DNA from: Chiloscyllium plagiosum | Lineage: Eukaryota | NCBI RefSeq assembly: GCF_004010195.1 | Contig: NC_057752.1 | Span: forward strand, 14,675,289 to 14,725,435 | Reading direction: 5' to 3' | DNA: 50,147 bases | In this document: positions 36,223-48,241 of the stretch, one piece after another | How positions within the stretch are numbered: the first letter of the stretch is position 1 | Layout of the letters: each line of letters begins with the position of its first letter | Made by a program: the position numbers and the translations under genes | Notes under the pieces: generated by a model | The model's database searches: none | What the model was told of the DNA's origin: nothing | Seen by the model: the letters and a program-made list of their open reading frames with translations, nothing else

Positions 36223-36723
36223 ACCCCTTCAGCTTTGTACAGTCTTCCAGTCATGATAGTTCTCTCCAACGCGGTTAGGTCCATTGGATGGTACAACCCT
36301 CCCTGTCATGTATACATCAGGAAATTGGAGGACTGTGAGTCAAGAATACTGCAGACATTGTGGGGAACCTCATTTATACATGGGCATAAAATCCAGACTT
36401 GTTAAATCTTCAAAACAATCCAATAGTTGAGTCAAATGAATTTTTCCATTACTTTTTTCTCTTCTGCTTTCCCATTCTGTTGTCTCTGCACAATGGTGTG
36501 TACCTTGGACTATTTACATCCCAGCCTTGATCATCCAGTAACCATTCTCCATGATGGTGATGAGGTTAAAATCATTTGCCTGTCTCAGTGTCACTGGCTG
36601 TCTATTTTATTGCAGATACTTTGTGCAGTCAAATTTTAAAAAAACTTCAATATATTTTTAACACTATTTGCTGTCATGTACTCAGTTGCTGGTGTCCAAT
36701 TTCAGTTAAACTCTTTGTTCCTT

Positions 36724-37232
36724 TGATTTTATTTGATTTAATTTAATATTGTCATATATATCTCGGTAGAGTGAAAAGTTCTGTTTTGCATGCAGTACAG
36801 GCAGATCATACCATACAAAGAGCATAAATGTAAGTGAACAGAGCTAGGAATACAATGTTATGGCTGCAGAGAACGTGTCCAAAGAGTGAGGTCAACATTA
36901 AGTTCGAAATTTGAAATCTGAAAGGACCATTCAGAAGTCTAATCACAGTGGTGAAGAGGCTGTAATTGAATCCATTGGTCCTTGTGTTTAAACACTTGCA
37001 TCTTCTGCCCAACAGAAGAGATTGGAAGAGATTATAACCGGATTGGGAAGGGGCTTGATGATGTTGGCTGCCTTTCCAAGGCAGCGAGAAGTATAGATGG
37101 AGTCAATGGATGGAAGGTTGGCTTGTGTGATGGACTGGGCTATTTCACAACTATCTGTGGTTTCTTATAGTCTTGGCAGAACAATTGCCACACCAAGCCT
37201 GTGGTACATCTATAAAAATTGCTAAGAGTCTT
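36724..37232 (-). mobile_element. Rex1/Babar-like LINE 3' fragment
   Basis: GRRCKCLNTRTNGFNYSLFTTVIRLLN resembles the Rex1 C-terminus (GRRY....RT.R...SF.P.AIRLLN); AT-rich tail at 36724-36750. Confidence 0.72.
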
Positions 37233-37234
37233 CT

Positions 37235-37438
37235 ATACTCAGAGTTGTTAGGGTTTAGAATATGCTGCCTGTGAGAGTGGTGGAGATGGATTCCATATGA
37301 ATTGGATATCTATTTGGAAGTGATTAATTTCAAGGGCTATGGAGATAGGACTGGGGAATGGAATTAGTTGGTCAGGAGCCAGTACAGTCATAATGGTTTG
37401 AATGGTCTCCTTCTGTACTGTAAATTCTATGATTCTAC
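37235..37438 (+). mobile_element. Old CR1 3' end fragment
   Basis: CAGAGTTGTTAGG..ATGCTGCCTG..AATGGTCTCCTTCTGTACTGTAAATTCTATGATTCTA tail. Confidence 0.7.
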
Positions 37439-37507
37439 TGTTGAAATGCTTCGATCTTTCTCTTTGATTTCAAAATCTCCCTTCACCTGAACTCTGGCCC
37501 ATTTTAG

Positions 37508-37787
37508 ATCATAGAAGCCATACAGTGTAGGAACAGGCCATTTGGCCCAACAAGTCCACACTGACCCTCCAAAGAGCATCCCACCCAAATTCACCTCCCC
37601 CCCCCCCTCCCCACCTTATCTCTGCAGGTCCCATAGCTACTCCAGCTAATCCAGACTATCCAGAAGAAACCCACACAAACACAGGGAGAATGTACAAACT
37701 CCACACAAGCAGTCATCCAAGGCTGGAATAAAACCTGGGTCCCTTGAGCTGTGAAGTAGCGGTGCTAACCACTGAGCCACCATGCTG
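37508..37787 (-). mobile_element. HE1-like SINE
   Basis: Conserved head and tail, internally deleted. Confidence 0.82.
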
Positions 37788-38689
37788 CAAATCATATCAG
37801 ATAGCTTTATTTTTCCATTTAATACTAGGAAGGACTGTAATGGTAACTCTTTAGTTTATTGCTCTATTTTTCTACCTATACTAAGAGCAATGGTAATGCT
37901 TCACTTTTAACTTTGTTTCTCTATGTTACCATTTATGCCTGAGTTTTGTACCTCAATACCTTTGTATATAAATTAAGCCATGTGTGGTGACATTGTACAC
38001 TTTTCACTGAACTCCTGTATTTGAGTGCATGTGATTATGAAGCTTTCATAAAAGATAAAATAAAAATGACAATAATTTGGGTAATTGTCAGATCCTGATG
38101 CGATGTTTCCTTTCAGTTTCCCAATTGCTCATGTTCTCCTTCTGCCGATTTATTTAAAATATGAAGTGAGAGAGAACCAACAAACACAGAATGGTTCTGA
38201 AATTAATCTGGTAATTTGTGGGGCTGACATAAGGAAAAAGGTCATCAGGAAAGTTGCTGAATTGTCATAAAGAGCCAAGTGATTCACTGATGCCCTTTAG
38301 GGAAGGAAACCTGTGGCCAGTCAGGACCTGCACAACACAATGACCTCTCTAAGAAGCTAGACAGAGAGATGAAGAGAGGGAGGCAGACTCAAAGAAGATG
38401 ATTTTTATATCTCCATTGGTAAACCAGAACTTTGAAAGAAACTCCCAAGCACACAACCTCCATCATTCAGAAGGACCATTGCAGTAGTTCATGTGAACAT
38501 TATTATCTCCAAGGTCTCTCCCAGTCACACACTGTCCTGACTTGTCTGACATCCAGTAATGGATGAGCAGAAGAGTCCTCCATTTAAATATTAGAAACAC
38601 TGAGGCCAATATGTTCAGTACCTGTGACATGCTCTCGAGTCACAATCCCATCCCTTTCCCTGTCAACTCCCTGAGTCTCAACCACACTA

Positions 38690-38944
38690 TTCATGGTTAG
38701 GGGGGGTAGGTATAGGACAGATGTTAGGGGTAGGTTCTTTACTCAGCGAGTCGTGAGTTCATGGAATGCCCTGCCAGTAGCAGTGGTGGACTCTCCCTCA
38801 TTATGGGCATTTAAGCGGGCATTAGATAGGCATATGGAGGATAGTGGGCTAGTGTAGGTTAGGTGGGCTTGGATCGGCGCAACATCGAGGGCCGAAGGGC
38901 CTGTACTGCGCTGTATTCTTCTATGTTCTATGTTCTATGTTCTA
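38690..38944 (+). mobile_element. CR1 3' end
   Basis: FFTQRVVSSWNALP; GGGCCGAAGGGCCTGTACTGCGCTG followed by a (CTATGTT)n tail. Confidence 0.9.
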
Positions 38945-38979
38945 AATATTTCACACCAAGGTGAGTTCCATGCATATGG

Positions 38980-39293
38980 AGTGACACGGTGGCTCAGTGG
39001 TTAGCACTGCTGCCTCACAGCTCCAGGGACCTGGGTTTGATTCCCACTGGTCTGTGTGGAGTTTGCACATTCTCCCCATGTCTGCGTGGGTTTCCTCCGG
39101 GTGCTCCGGTTTCCTCCCACAATCCACAGATGTGCAGGTCAGGGGAATTGGCCATGCTAAATTACCCATAGTGTTAGTCAGGGGTAAATATAGGGTAGGG
39201 GAATGAGTTTGGGTGGGTTTCCTTTTGGAGGGGCGGTGTGGACTTGTTGGGCCGAAGGGCCTGTTTCCACACTGTAGAGAATCTAATCTAATC
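38980..39293 (+). mobile_element. HE1-like SINE
   Basis: Full head-to-(AATCT)n tail. Confidence 0.9.
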
Positions 39294-39335
39294 ATATTTC
39301 CTCTTCAACAGCAAGATTGCCGATGTCTAACTCAT

Positions 39336-39430
39336 TTGGAGGTGGTTGTGAAGGAGCAGTGCTCCGAAAGCTAGTGCTTCCAACTAAACCTGTTGGACTA
39401 TCACCTGGTGTTGTGTGATTTTTAACTATT
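39336..39430 (+). mobile_element. Family-A Penelope terminal insert with partial hammerhead
   Basis: TGAAGGAGCAGTGCTCCGAAAGCTAGTG..; 10-bp TSD TCTAACTCAT at 39326-39335 and 39431-39440. Confidence 0.82.
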
Positions 39431-40935
39431 TCTAACTCATCTAACTCCACCCTAGCTTCAGCTCATCTGCTACTTCAACTCTTATCTATTCCACTATAAC
39501 CATGCTGGCAAGCACTGTGCCGATTTCAAACATTCAACCTCGCTGTGATCTTGAGCTCATCCAAAACTCAGCTTCTTATTTGTTTACTTGCACCAAGTCT
39601 TGCTCACCCATCAACTCCCTGTGCATACTGATCAGGAAAGGCTCCTGGTTAAAACAGGCCAAAATTTTAAAATAGAAACAGGAATTGCTGGAGAAACTCA
39701 GCCAGTCTGGCAGCATCTGAGGAGAGAAACCAGAGTTATGTTTCAAGACCAGTGCCCTATTTTAGAACAGCATCCACTGTTCTTTGTTTTATTTTACTAA
39801 GATTATAAAATCTCATTCCTGATGTCTGAGGAAGGTCATTATACCCGAAACAATGACTCTGCTCTCTTGCCACAGATGCTGCCAGTCCTGTTGAGCTTCT
39901 CCAGCAATTTCTGTTTAATGTTCCTGTTTCCTTTGCTGGTTATGATCATCTGTATCTCTGATCTGTTCCAGGCAATTAGTCTTCTTCCCAGAATGTAGTC
40001 AAAATTGTGTGCAGCAGCAAGATGGGCTGCAGTATAAACAACATTTAGAAACCATCAAAAGAAGGAAGAATAAAACACAAAACCTCATGAGAAAGCATAC
40101 AGTGAAGGGTTCAAAGAAAGTAAGACAATTGCGGAGAGGTGATCAGATAAAGATAAAACAGAAGAACGAATGAAGAATGATTCGGATCCACAGTAAAGGA
40201 GCCACAGCAACTCCAGAACCATGGCACCTCTCAGAGAAAGAGCAACACACAGGGTGGCACAGTGCCTCAGTGGTTACTGCTGCCTCACAGGGGCCTGGGT
40301 TCGATTACCATCTGTTTGGAGTTTGCACATTCTCCCCGTGTCTGCGTGGGTTTCCTCTGTGTGCTCTGGTTTCCTCCCACAATCCAAAGATGTGCAGGCC
40401 AGGTGAATTACCTATAGTGTTCGGCATTAGTCAGGGGTAAATATAGGATAGGGGAATGGGTCTGGGTGGGTTGCTCTTTGGAGGGTTGGAGTGGACTTGT
40501 TGGGCCGAAGGGCAAAATGACTCACCTCTGAAATAACTTCATGTTTCAGTTTTAAAATCTCCTGCTGAAGCTTGCAACAGGAAAGATATCAGAAGCACTG
40601 CTGTCAGAGAATAAATCTTACAATTGAGGAAATATCAACGTGATAGCTGTGTGCAGCCCCTTGAACATCCTGTAAAAGAGGTTACAAAATTCAATTAATG
40701 TGAACCCGGGATAAACTTTCAGAATAAATAAATATTTTGCTTGGTTTAACTTTGCTGTGCGTAAAACTACCCTTTCAAACACCTTAAGAAAGATGTTTTA
40801 AAAATCTTATCAATGTCAGTTCAGGATAGAAACTCGCATCAACCCCTCCTTCTGGCCCAGGCTGACCATGCATGCTCTCTACTGCACATTGCCCCTCAGC
40901 ATTGTTGGCAATCTCTCAAGTCAAGGATGATGTCT
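39431..40935 (+). repeat. Local segmental duplication, copy 2 (carries an extra SINE)
   Basis: Collinear with 29808-31035; hammerhead remnant CTGAGGAAGG..CCCGAAAC at 39826-39851. Confidence 0.88.
40251..40513 (+). mobile_element. HE1-like SINE, present only in duplication copy 2
   Basis: Absent from the corresponding position (~30580-30610) of copy 1. Confidence 0.85.
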
Positions 40936-41152
40936 ACTCAGGTTCATGAGTTTCTGCCCTGGGTCTTCATGTGACTGAACAGAGCTGTTGTACATAGTGG
41001 CAGGTCATTCCTTTTGAGAGCTTCTGTCCTACTGCTCTGCCTCATCAATAAGACACTGGGTATGAAAGGCAAAGAGAGCTTGATGGATGAGTTGACTCCA
41101 TTCTGAAGAAAGGGAAGTAAGCTCCTCCTCGTCATTCTAATATTAATATTTG

Positions 41153-41400
41153 AGCAGCACAGTGGCTTAGGACCAGGGATCCCGAGTTCAATTCCACTCT
41201 CAGGCAACAGTCTGTGTGGAGTTTGCACATTCTCCCTGTGCCTGTGTGGGATTCCTTCCACAGTCCAAGGTTGTGCAGGTTAGGTGGATTAGCCAATGGA
41301 ATATGGGGAGTGTGTCTGAGTGAGATGATATTTGGAGCGTCGGAGCAGACTTAATGGGCCGAATGGCCAACTGCCACACTGTTGGGGTTCCATGATTCTA
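41153..41400 (+). mobile_element. HE1-like SINE, diverged
   Basis: GCAGCACAGTGGCT head and GTGTGGAGTTTGCACATTCTCCC core. Confidence 0.8.
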
Positions 41401-41866
41401 ATATTGAGAGGTGACCTCTGAGAGAGCTGCAAATTTCAAACAAGACCAGACGGCATTGATGGAGGAAGGATGGTCTCATGGTGGAGGAGTCCAGAATCAA
41501 GGGTACAGACTAAACGATTTAGGACTGAGCTGAGCAGACATATCTTCACCCAGAGTGGTAAGCCTGTGGAATTACACCCCCAGAAAACAGTTGAGGTCAG
41601 AACATCGATTTCAAGAAGAGTTTTGGGGAAAGCACATGGAAAGAACTATTGGCTCTCCCAAACAAACCAAACGGAATTACAATCTCAACTGTAAGTGCTG
41701 CTCCAGTTCACAAACATTCTATTAAATGCAGTTATCAATATTGTGACCCACACCATTTTTAAACTGTAATGGAATACGAAGAAGCAGTGTGTTATAATAA
41801 ATCCAAAATTTTTACTTACCCGTGAACTTCTTTCTATGATATCTCGATCCAGAATGATTTCCTATC

Positions 41867-42191
41867 AGAGTCATAGAGGTGTACAGCATGGAAACAGACC
41901 CTTCGATCCAACCCGTCCATGCCGACCAGATATCCCAACTCAATCTAGTCCCACCTGCCAGCACCCGGCCCATACCCCTCCGAACCCTTCCTATTCATAT
42001 ACCCATCCAAATGCCTCTTAAATGTTGTAATTGTACCAGCCTCCACCACTTTCTCTGGCAGCTCATTCCATACACGTACCGCCCTCTGTGTGAAAAGGTT
42101 GCCCCATAGGTCCCTTTTATATCTTTTCCCTCTCACCCTCAGTTCTGGACTCCCCCATCCCAGGGAAAAGACTTTGTCTACTTATCTTATC
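41867..42191 (-). mobile_element. CR1 3' end
   Basis: NLFTQRAVRVWNELP; CTCTATGACTCT tail; same subfamily as 48584-48930. Confidence 0.9.
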
Positions 42192-43320
42192 CATGGTGGT
42201 TCATTTCCCAAACCATTGCAGTTTCAGCTAACTAGTCAAAGATATCCCTCACTCCCTGCTCAACTGTAGCTTCTAAAACTCCTTGAGAGATTTTACTGTA
42301 AGGTAATTATTCAAGCTAGATGAATCGAATGGTCTCAGTTTGTGTTCTAAGTTGCAACATTCTGCATGTAAGTTTATGGTCTTGGTGCTTATTGCTTTTG
42401 AGAAAATTGTGAAGTCTTAGAGAAAACAGAAGACTTAAAAGAAAGAAGTGACAAGGAGGGTGTAGTGCAGAATTGATATAACGGAGACAAGAACGTAGCA
42501 GTTGTTAAAAAATTGGGCATATTCGCATTTGACAAATGAAGGAAACTCAAGGAGACCTGACAGCTTTCTATGTCACAACTTAACAATTAAGAAATTTTCT
42601 GCAAATCAGTTCAATGGTCCCTGTTTAGAGCATTCATTGAAACAATCATTTTGCTTTTCAGGATTTGCAGTTTGTCGATATCTCTCTCTTCAGGTATTTT
42701 CCACTTCCTTGTAGGAAACTGGTTCACAAATTATGGTTAAAAGCAATAGCTTTCAGCAGTTGGTGAGGGAAAATAAACGGCTTTCTTTAGGCCTCATTTC
42801 ACTTATACTACATAGAAAAGAAGACTACCTCAATTTCCAAGGGTATGATGGCTTCTGGTTATAATCCTTCACAGTCAAAAGCTGTTCAGCTACCTGGGGG
42901 CCAATCACAGATGTTGGCAGGCAGAGAGCCTTTGTCATTGAAAACTGGTCACCACTCCACATCAGTCAGCTGTGCTTGTTGCACTTCATACACTCCCCAT
43001 GGTCCCAGTTTGTCTGCAATAAACATCATCCCTCAGCCAATATCCCAACTGGGCCTCAACTGGAGGACTGTGTGCACTTCTGGTCACCCTGCTATGAGAA
43101 GGATATTATTAAATTGGAGAGGGTTCAGAAAAGATTTCCCAGGATGTTCTCAGTCTCTGGCTTGCTGCAGTGCTCCAGCTCAGCGCAAGCTGGAAGAACA
43201 TCACCTTATTTTCTGAACCCTGCAGCCTTCTGGACCCAAAATTCAATTCAACAACGTGAGGGATTGAGTTCTCCCATCTTCTTATCTCAACCACCACACA
43301 CCAGGCCTTGTTATCACATA

Positions 43321-43356
43321 TTCCTGATGAAGGGCTTTTGCCTGAAACGTCGATTT
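43321..43356 (+). ncRNA. Minimal type-I hammerhead ribozyme motif, best preserved copy
   Basis: TTC-CTGATGA-A-GGGC TTTT GCCT-GAAA-CG-TC-GATT: both core boxes, stem II, palindromic ACGT stem III, predicted cleavage after UC. Confidence 0.75.
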
Positions 43357-43417
43357 TCGTGCTCCTCGGATGCCGCCTGACCTGCTGTGCTTTTCCAGCA
43401 CCACTCTCATCTAGACT
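43321..43417 (+). mobile_element. 97-bp family-B insert beginning at a hammerhead ribozyme
   Basis: Perfect 14-bp TSD CTTGTTATCACATA at 43307-43320 and 43418-43431. Confidence 0.88.
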
Positions 43418-43678
43418 CTTGTTATCACATAGTCTGCTATTGCACGTTGTTAAACACTAACACTCCCCAGTAATTGCTATTCAACATCCCAGCTGGATTG
43501 TTATCCACTTCTATCATCGCTCCAAATGTTCGTCTCTCTCTTTGGGCTCTATCCCCATCTATCGTTTACTCCTTAACCCCTTTCTTCTGCAAATAAACTG
43601 ACATTATCCTTATCCTAGCCAGCACCAGTTCGAGGAATGTTCACTCAAAATGTGAACTCTGATCTCTCTCCACAGATG

Positions 43679-44178
43679 NNNNNNNNNNNNNNNNNNNNNN
43701 NNNNNNNNNNNNNNNNNNNNNNNNNNNNNNNNNNNNNNNNNNNNNNNNNNNNNNNNNNNNNNNNNNNNNNNNNNNNNNNNNNNNNNNNNNNNNNNNNNNN
43801 NNNNNNNNNNNNNNNNNNNNNNNNNNNNNNNNNNNNNNNNNNNNNNNNNNNNNNNNNNNNNNNNNNNNNNNNNNNNNNNNNNNNNNNNNNNNNNNNNNNN
43901 NNNNNNNNNNNNNNNNNNNNNNNNNNNNNNNNNNNNNNNNNNNNNNNNNNNNNNNNNNNNNNNNNNNNNNNNNNNNNNNNNNNNNNNNNNNNNNNNNNNN
44001 NNNNNNNNNNNNNNNNNNNNNNNNNNNNNNNNNNNNNNNNNNNNNNNNNNNNNNNNNNNNNNNNNNNNNNNNNNNNNNNNNNNNNNNNNNNNNNNNNNNN
44101 NNNNNNNNNNNNNNNNNNNNNNNNNNNNNNNNNNNNNNNNNNNNNNNNNNNNNNNNNNNNNNNNNNNNNNNNNNNNNN
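43679..44178. other. Assembly gap (500 N)
   Basis: Exactly 500 N. Confidence 0.99.
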
Positions 44179-45557
44179 ACTGGACCAAGGTCCTCCTCTG
44201 GGCCACAGCACCTTCTGGGCCACATCCTATGCTGGGCCACATCTTACACTGGGCCACATCCTTCACTGGACCTGGTCCTACACTGGGCTACATCCAACAC
44301 TGAGCCACATCCTGCACTGGAACAGGTCCAATTCTCTGGCCTATTGGCCAGGTCCCACACTGTGCCACACCCTACACTGTGCCACATCCTACAGCAGACC
44401 ATATTTGACACTAGGCCATGTCCTACTCTGGGCCAAGTCCTAGTCCGGGCCAAGTCCTAGTCTGGGCCAGGTCCTGCAATGGGCCACATCCTATAGTGGG
44501 CCAAATCCTACAATGGGCCAAATTCTACAGTACACCATATCCTCACTGGGACAAGTCTGACTCCGGGCCAGATTCTCTATTGGGTCAGGTTCAACTCTGG
44601 GGCACATCATCCTCTGGGCAACATCCTGCACTGGGACAGGTCCTACAGTCGGCCACATCCTACTCCAGACCACATCCAACACTGGGCCATATCCTGGGCC
44701 ACACACTACATGGGCCATATCCTACACTGGATCATATCCAACACTGGACCAGATTTGACCCTGAGCCAGGCAGTGCTCTGGGCCAAGTCCTACACTGAGA
44801 CACATTCTAAATTGCCCATATCCTTAACTGGACCAGGTCCTACTCTGGGGCATGTTGTCCTCTGGGCTACATCGTACACTGGGCCACATCCTGCACTGGG
44901 ACAGGTCCTACACTAGGATGTATCCACCATTGAGCCAAATCTTACACTGAGCCACATCTTGCACTGGGACATGTCCTTTTCTCTGGGCCACATCCTCTAT
45001 TGGGCCTAGTCCTGCTCTGGGCCACACCCTATATATGGGCACACCCTACAGCGGATCACATCTGACATTGGGCCAGGTCCTACAGTGCGCCCCGTTCTAC
45101 TCTGGGCCCCATCCTCCTCTGGGCCTTGTCCTTCAGGCCAAATCCTCGACTGGGACATGTCCTCCTCTAAGCCATGTCTTTCTTTCACCGGGCCATGTCC
45201 AACAGTGGGCCAATTTCTACTCTGGGCCATGTCATACACTAGGACACATTTGAAATTAGCCCACACCCTTCACTGGGCCAGGTCCTACACTGTGCCACAT
45301 CCGACACTGAGTCACATCCTGCCCTGGGACAGGTCCTACTCCAGGCCTCAACTTTACTGGGCCATAACCTACTGCGGACAATATCTGACACCAGACCAAG
45401 TCCTATTCTGGGACAGATCCTGCACTGGGCCCTGTCCTACTCTGGGCCCCACTCGCCTCCAGACCCCATCCTCCATCGGGCCACACCCTATACTTGGCCA
45501 GGCCCTACTCTGAGCCACGTGTTACACTGGGGTACATTCTAAACTGGTCCACATCAC

Positions 45558-45855
45558 AGATTCATAGAATCTCTACAGTTTGGAAACAGGCCATTTGGCC
45601 CAACAAATCCACACCAACCCTCCGAAAAGTATCCCAGCCAGACCCATTACCCCAACCCTATCACTTTACATTTCTCCTGACTAATGCACCCAAACCACAC
45701 ATTCTTAAACACGACGGGCAATTTAGCACAGCCAATTCACTACACCTGCATATCTTTGGATTGTGGTAGGAAACCGGAGCACCCTGAGGAAACCAATGCA
45801 GGCACAGGGAGATTGTGCAAACTCCACACAGTCGCCTGACATGGGAATCGAGCCT
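45558..45855 (-). mobile_element. HE1-like SINE within the 17-bp array
   Basis: Conserved tail and body. Confidence 0.85.
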
Positions 45856-45968
45856 GTGGATTGAACTCAAAACCTCCTTTCGCTCAGCAGCCACCCATCC
45901 CTGACCCAGAGCTCCTACTCTTTGAGCTCATACCAGTTACACTGAGCTACACTGAACAGTGGGCCCTG

Positions 45969-47724
45969 TCATAGAACATAGAACATAGAAAAGTACAGCA
46001 CAGACCAGGCCCTTTGGCCCACCATGTTGTGCTGAGATTTAATCCGAATGTAAAATATAGTAACGACCTACACACCCCTCAACTCACTGCTATCAATGTG
46101 CATGTCCAGCAGTCGCTTAAATGTCCCCAAGGACTCTGCTTCCACCACTACTGCTGGTAACGTATTCCATGCATTCACAACTCTCTGCATAAAGAAGCTA
46201 CCTCTGACATCTCCTTTATACCTTCCTCCTAATATCTTCAAACTATGACTTCTCATACCAGTCAATCCTGCCCTGGAGAAAGGTCTCTGGCTATTGACTC
46301 TATTCCACTCATTATCTTGTATACCTCGATCAGGTCTCCTCTCTTCCTCCTTATCTCCAGAGAGAAAAGTCCGAGCTTATTCAACCTTTCTTCATAAGGA
46401 AAGTCCTCCAGTCCAGGTAGCATCCTGGTAAACCTTCTTTATACCCTCTCCAAAGCCTCTGTATCTTTCCTTTAGTATGGTGACCAGAACTGGACACAAT
46501 ATTCCAAGTGTAGTCTCACCAGGGACTTGTAGAGTTGCAGCAAAACATCACGGCTCTTAAACTCGATCCCCCTGATAATGGAAGCCAAAACACCATATGC
46601 TTTCTTAACAACCCTATCCACTTGGGTGGGAACTTTGAGGGATCTATGTACGTGCACATCCAGATCCCTCTGTTCCTCCACACTGCCAAGAATCCTAGAT
46701 TCAGCATTCGAGTTCAACCTTCTAAAATGCATCACTTCGCATTTATCTAGGTTGAACTCCATCTGCCAATTCTCAGCCCAGCTCTGCATCCTGTCCATAT
46801 CGCGCTGCAGCCTGCAGTAGCCCTCTATACTATCGATGCCACCTCCAACCTTTGTGTCATCTGCAAATTTACTAACCCACCCCTCAACCTCCTCATCCAA
46901 GTCATTTATAAAAACTACAAAGAGCAGAGGCCCAAGAACAGAGCCCTGTAGGACTCCACTCAAACTGACCTCCAGGCAGAATATTTTCCATCTACAAACA
47001 CTCTCTGCCTTCTGTCAGCCAACCAATTCTGAATCCAGACAGCCAAATCTCCCTATATCCCATACTTCCTGACTTGATGAATGAGCCTATCATGGGGTAC
47101 CCTATCAAATGCTTTGCTGAAATCCATATACACCACATCCACTGCTCGACCGTTGTCGACCTGTCTTGACACCTCCTCGAAGAACTCAATAAGATTTGTG
47201 AGACATGACCTGCCCCTCACAAAGCCATGCTGACTGCCTTTAATCAGACTATGCTTTGCCAAATAGTCATAAATCCTATCCCTCAGAATTCTTTCCAAAG
47301 CTTTGCTGACCACAGGCGTAAAACTGACTGGTCTGTAATTGCCAGGGAACAACATTCGCCTCCTTCCAATGCTCCGATACGACTCCTGTGGAGAACGAGG
47401 AGGCAAATATCCTTGCCAGCGGCTTAGCAACCTCCTTTCTTGCTTCCCGGAGCAGCCTAGGATAAATCTGGTCTGGCCAAGGGGACTTATCAATCTTAAT
47501 GTTTTCCAAAATTTCCAGCACATCAACTTCATCAATCTTGATCTGGTCAAGCCTGTATCCCAGCTCCTCTAAGTTTTCATTTACAACAAGGTCCCTTTCC
47601 TTGGTGAAAACCGAAGCAAAAAACTCATTTAGGGCTTCCCCTATCAAGTCAGACTCCACGCACAAGTTCCCTCCGCTATCCCTGACCGGCCCTACCTTCT
47701 CCCTGAGCATTCTCTTATTCCTCA
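45969..47724 (-). mobile_element. 5'-truncated CR1 LINE within the 17-bp array
   Basis: ORFs 47276..47809, 47053..47550 and 46472..46963 with RT motifs; (CATAGAA)n tail at 45969. Confidence 0.93.
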
Positions 47725-47917
47725 GGCCTATTCCAGGCCACATCCGACTCCTGGCCACAATACTACCCATGGCATATCCTGCACTGGGACAGGTCCTACA
47801 CTGGGCCACATTCTACAGTGGACCATATCCGACACTGGACCAAGTCCTATTCTGGGCCACATCATAAACTGTACCAGGTCCTACACTAGGCTACGTCGTA
47901 CTTAATGCCCCATCCGT

Positions 47918-48241
47918 GGGTGGCACGGTAGTGTGGGCGGCATGGTGGCACAGTGGTTAGCACTGCTGCCTCACAGCGCCAGAGACCCGGGTTCAATTCC
48001 CGCCTCAGGCGACTGACTGTGTGGAGTTTGCACGTTCTCCCCGTGTCTGCGTGGGTTTCCTCCGGGTGCTCCGGTTTCCTCCCACAGTCCAAAGATGTGC
48101 AGGTCAGGTGAATTGGCCATGCTAAATTGTCCGTAGTGTTAGGTAAGGGGTAAATGTAGGGGTATGGGTGGGTTACGCTTCGGCGGGTCGGTGTGGACTT
48201 GTTGGGCCGAAGGGCCTGTTTCCACACTGTAATGTAATCTA
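47918..48241 (+). mobile_element. Young HE1-like SINE with a partially duplicated head
   Basis: GGGTGGCACGGTAG..GGGCGGCATGGTGGCACAGTGGTTAGC; many CpGs retained. Confidence 0.92.

Larger units (their letters stand above)
43153..43678 (+). mobile_element. Penelope-like element 3' fragment (GIY-YIG C-terminus and UTR)
   Basis: GLLQCSS/AQRKLEEHHLIF..TLQPSG.KIQFNN; decayed hammerhead-like remnant at ~43628-43660. Confidence 0.75.

Noticed and set aside
42200..43050. Short ORFs in non-repeat sequence as a host gene
   Set aside because: No recognisable domain or consistent exon chain; ORF 42976..43380 is a CR1/Penelope chimera.
44179..45557. CRISPR-like appearance and ORFs in the 17-bp arrays
   Set aside because: The units are contiguous and degenerate with no unique spacers, there are no cas genes and the context is vertebrate; the ORFs are by-products of the repeat.
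47940..48010. tRNA gene
   Set aside because: The A/B-box-like motifs belong to the SINE head and continue into the SINE body; no full cloverleaf.
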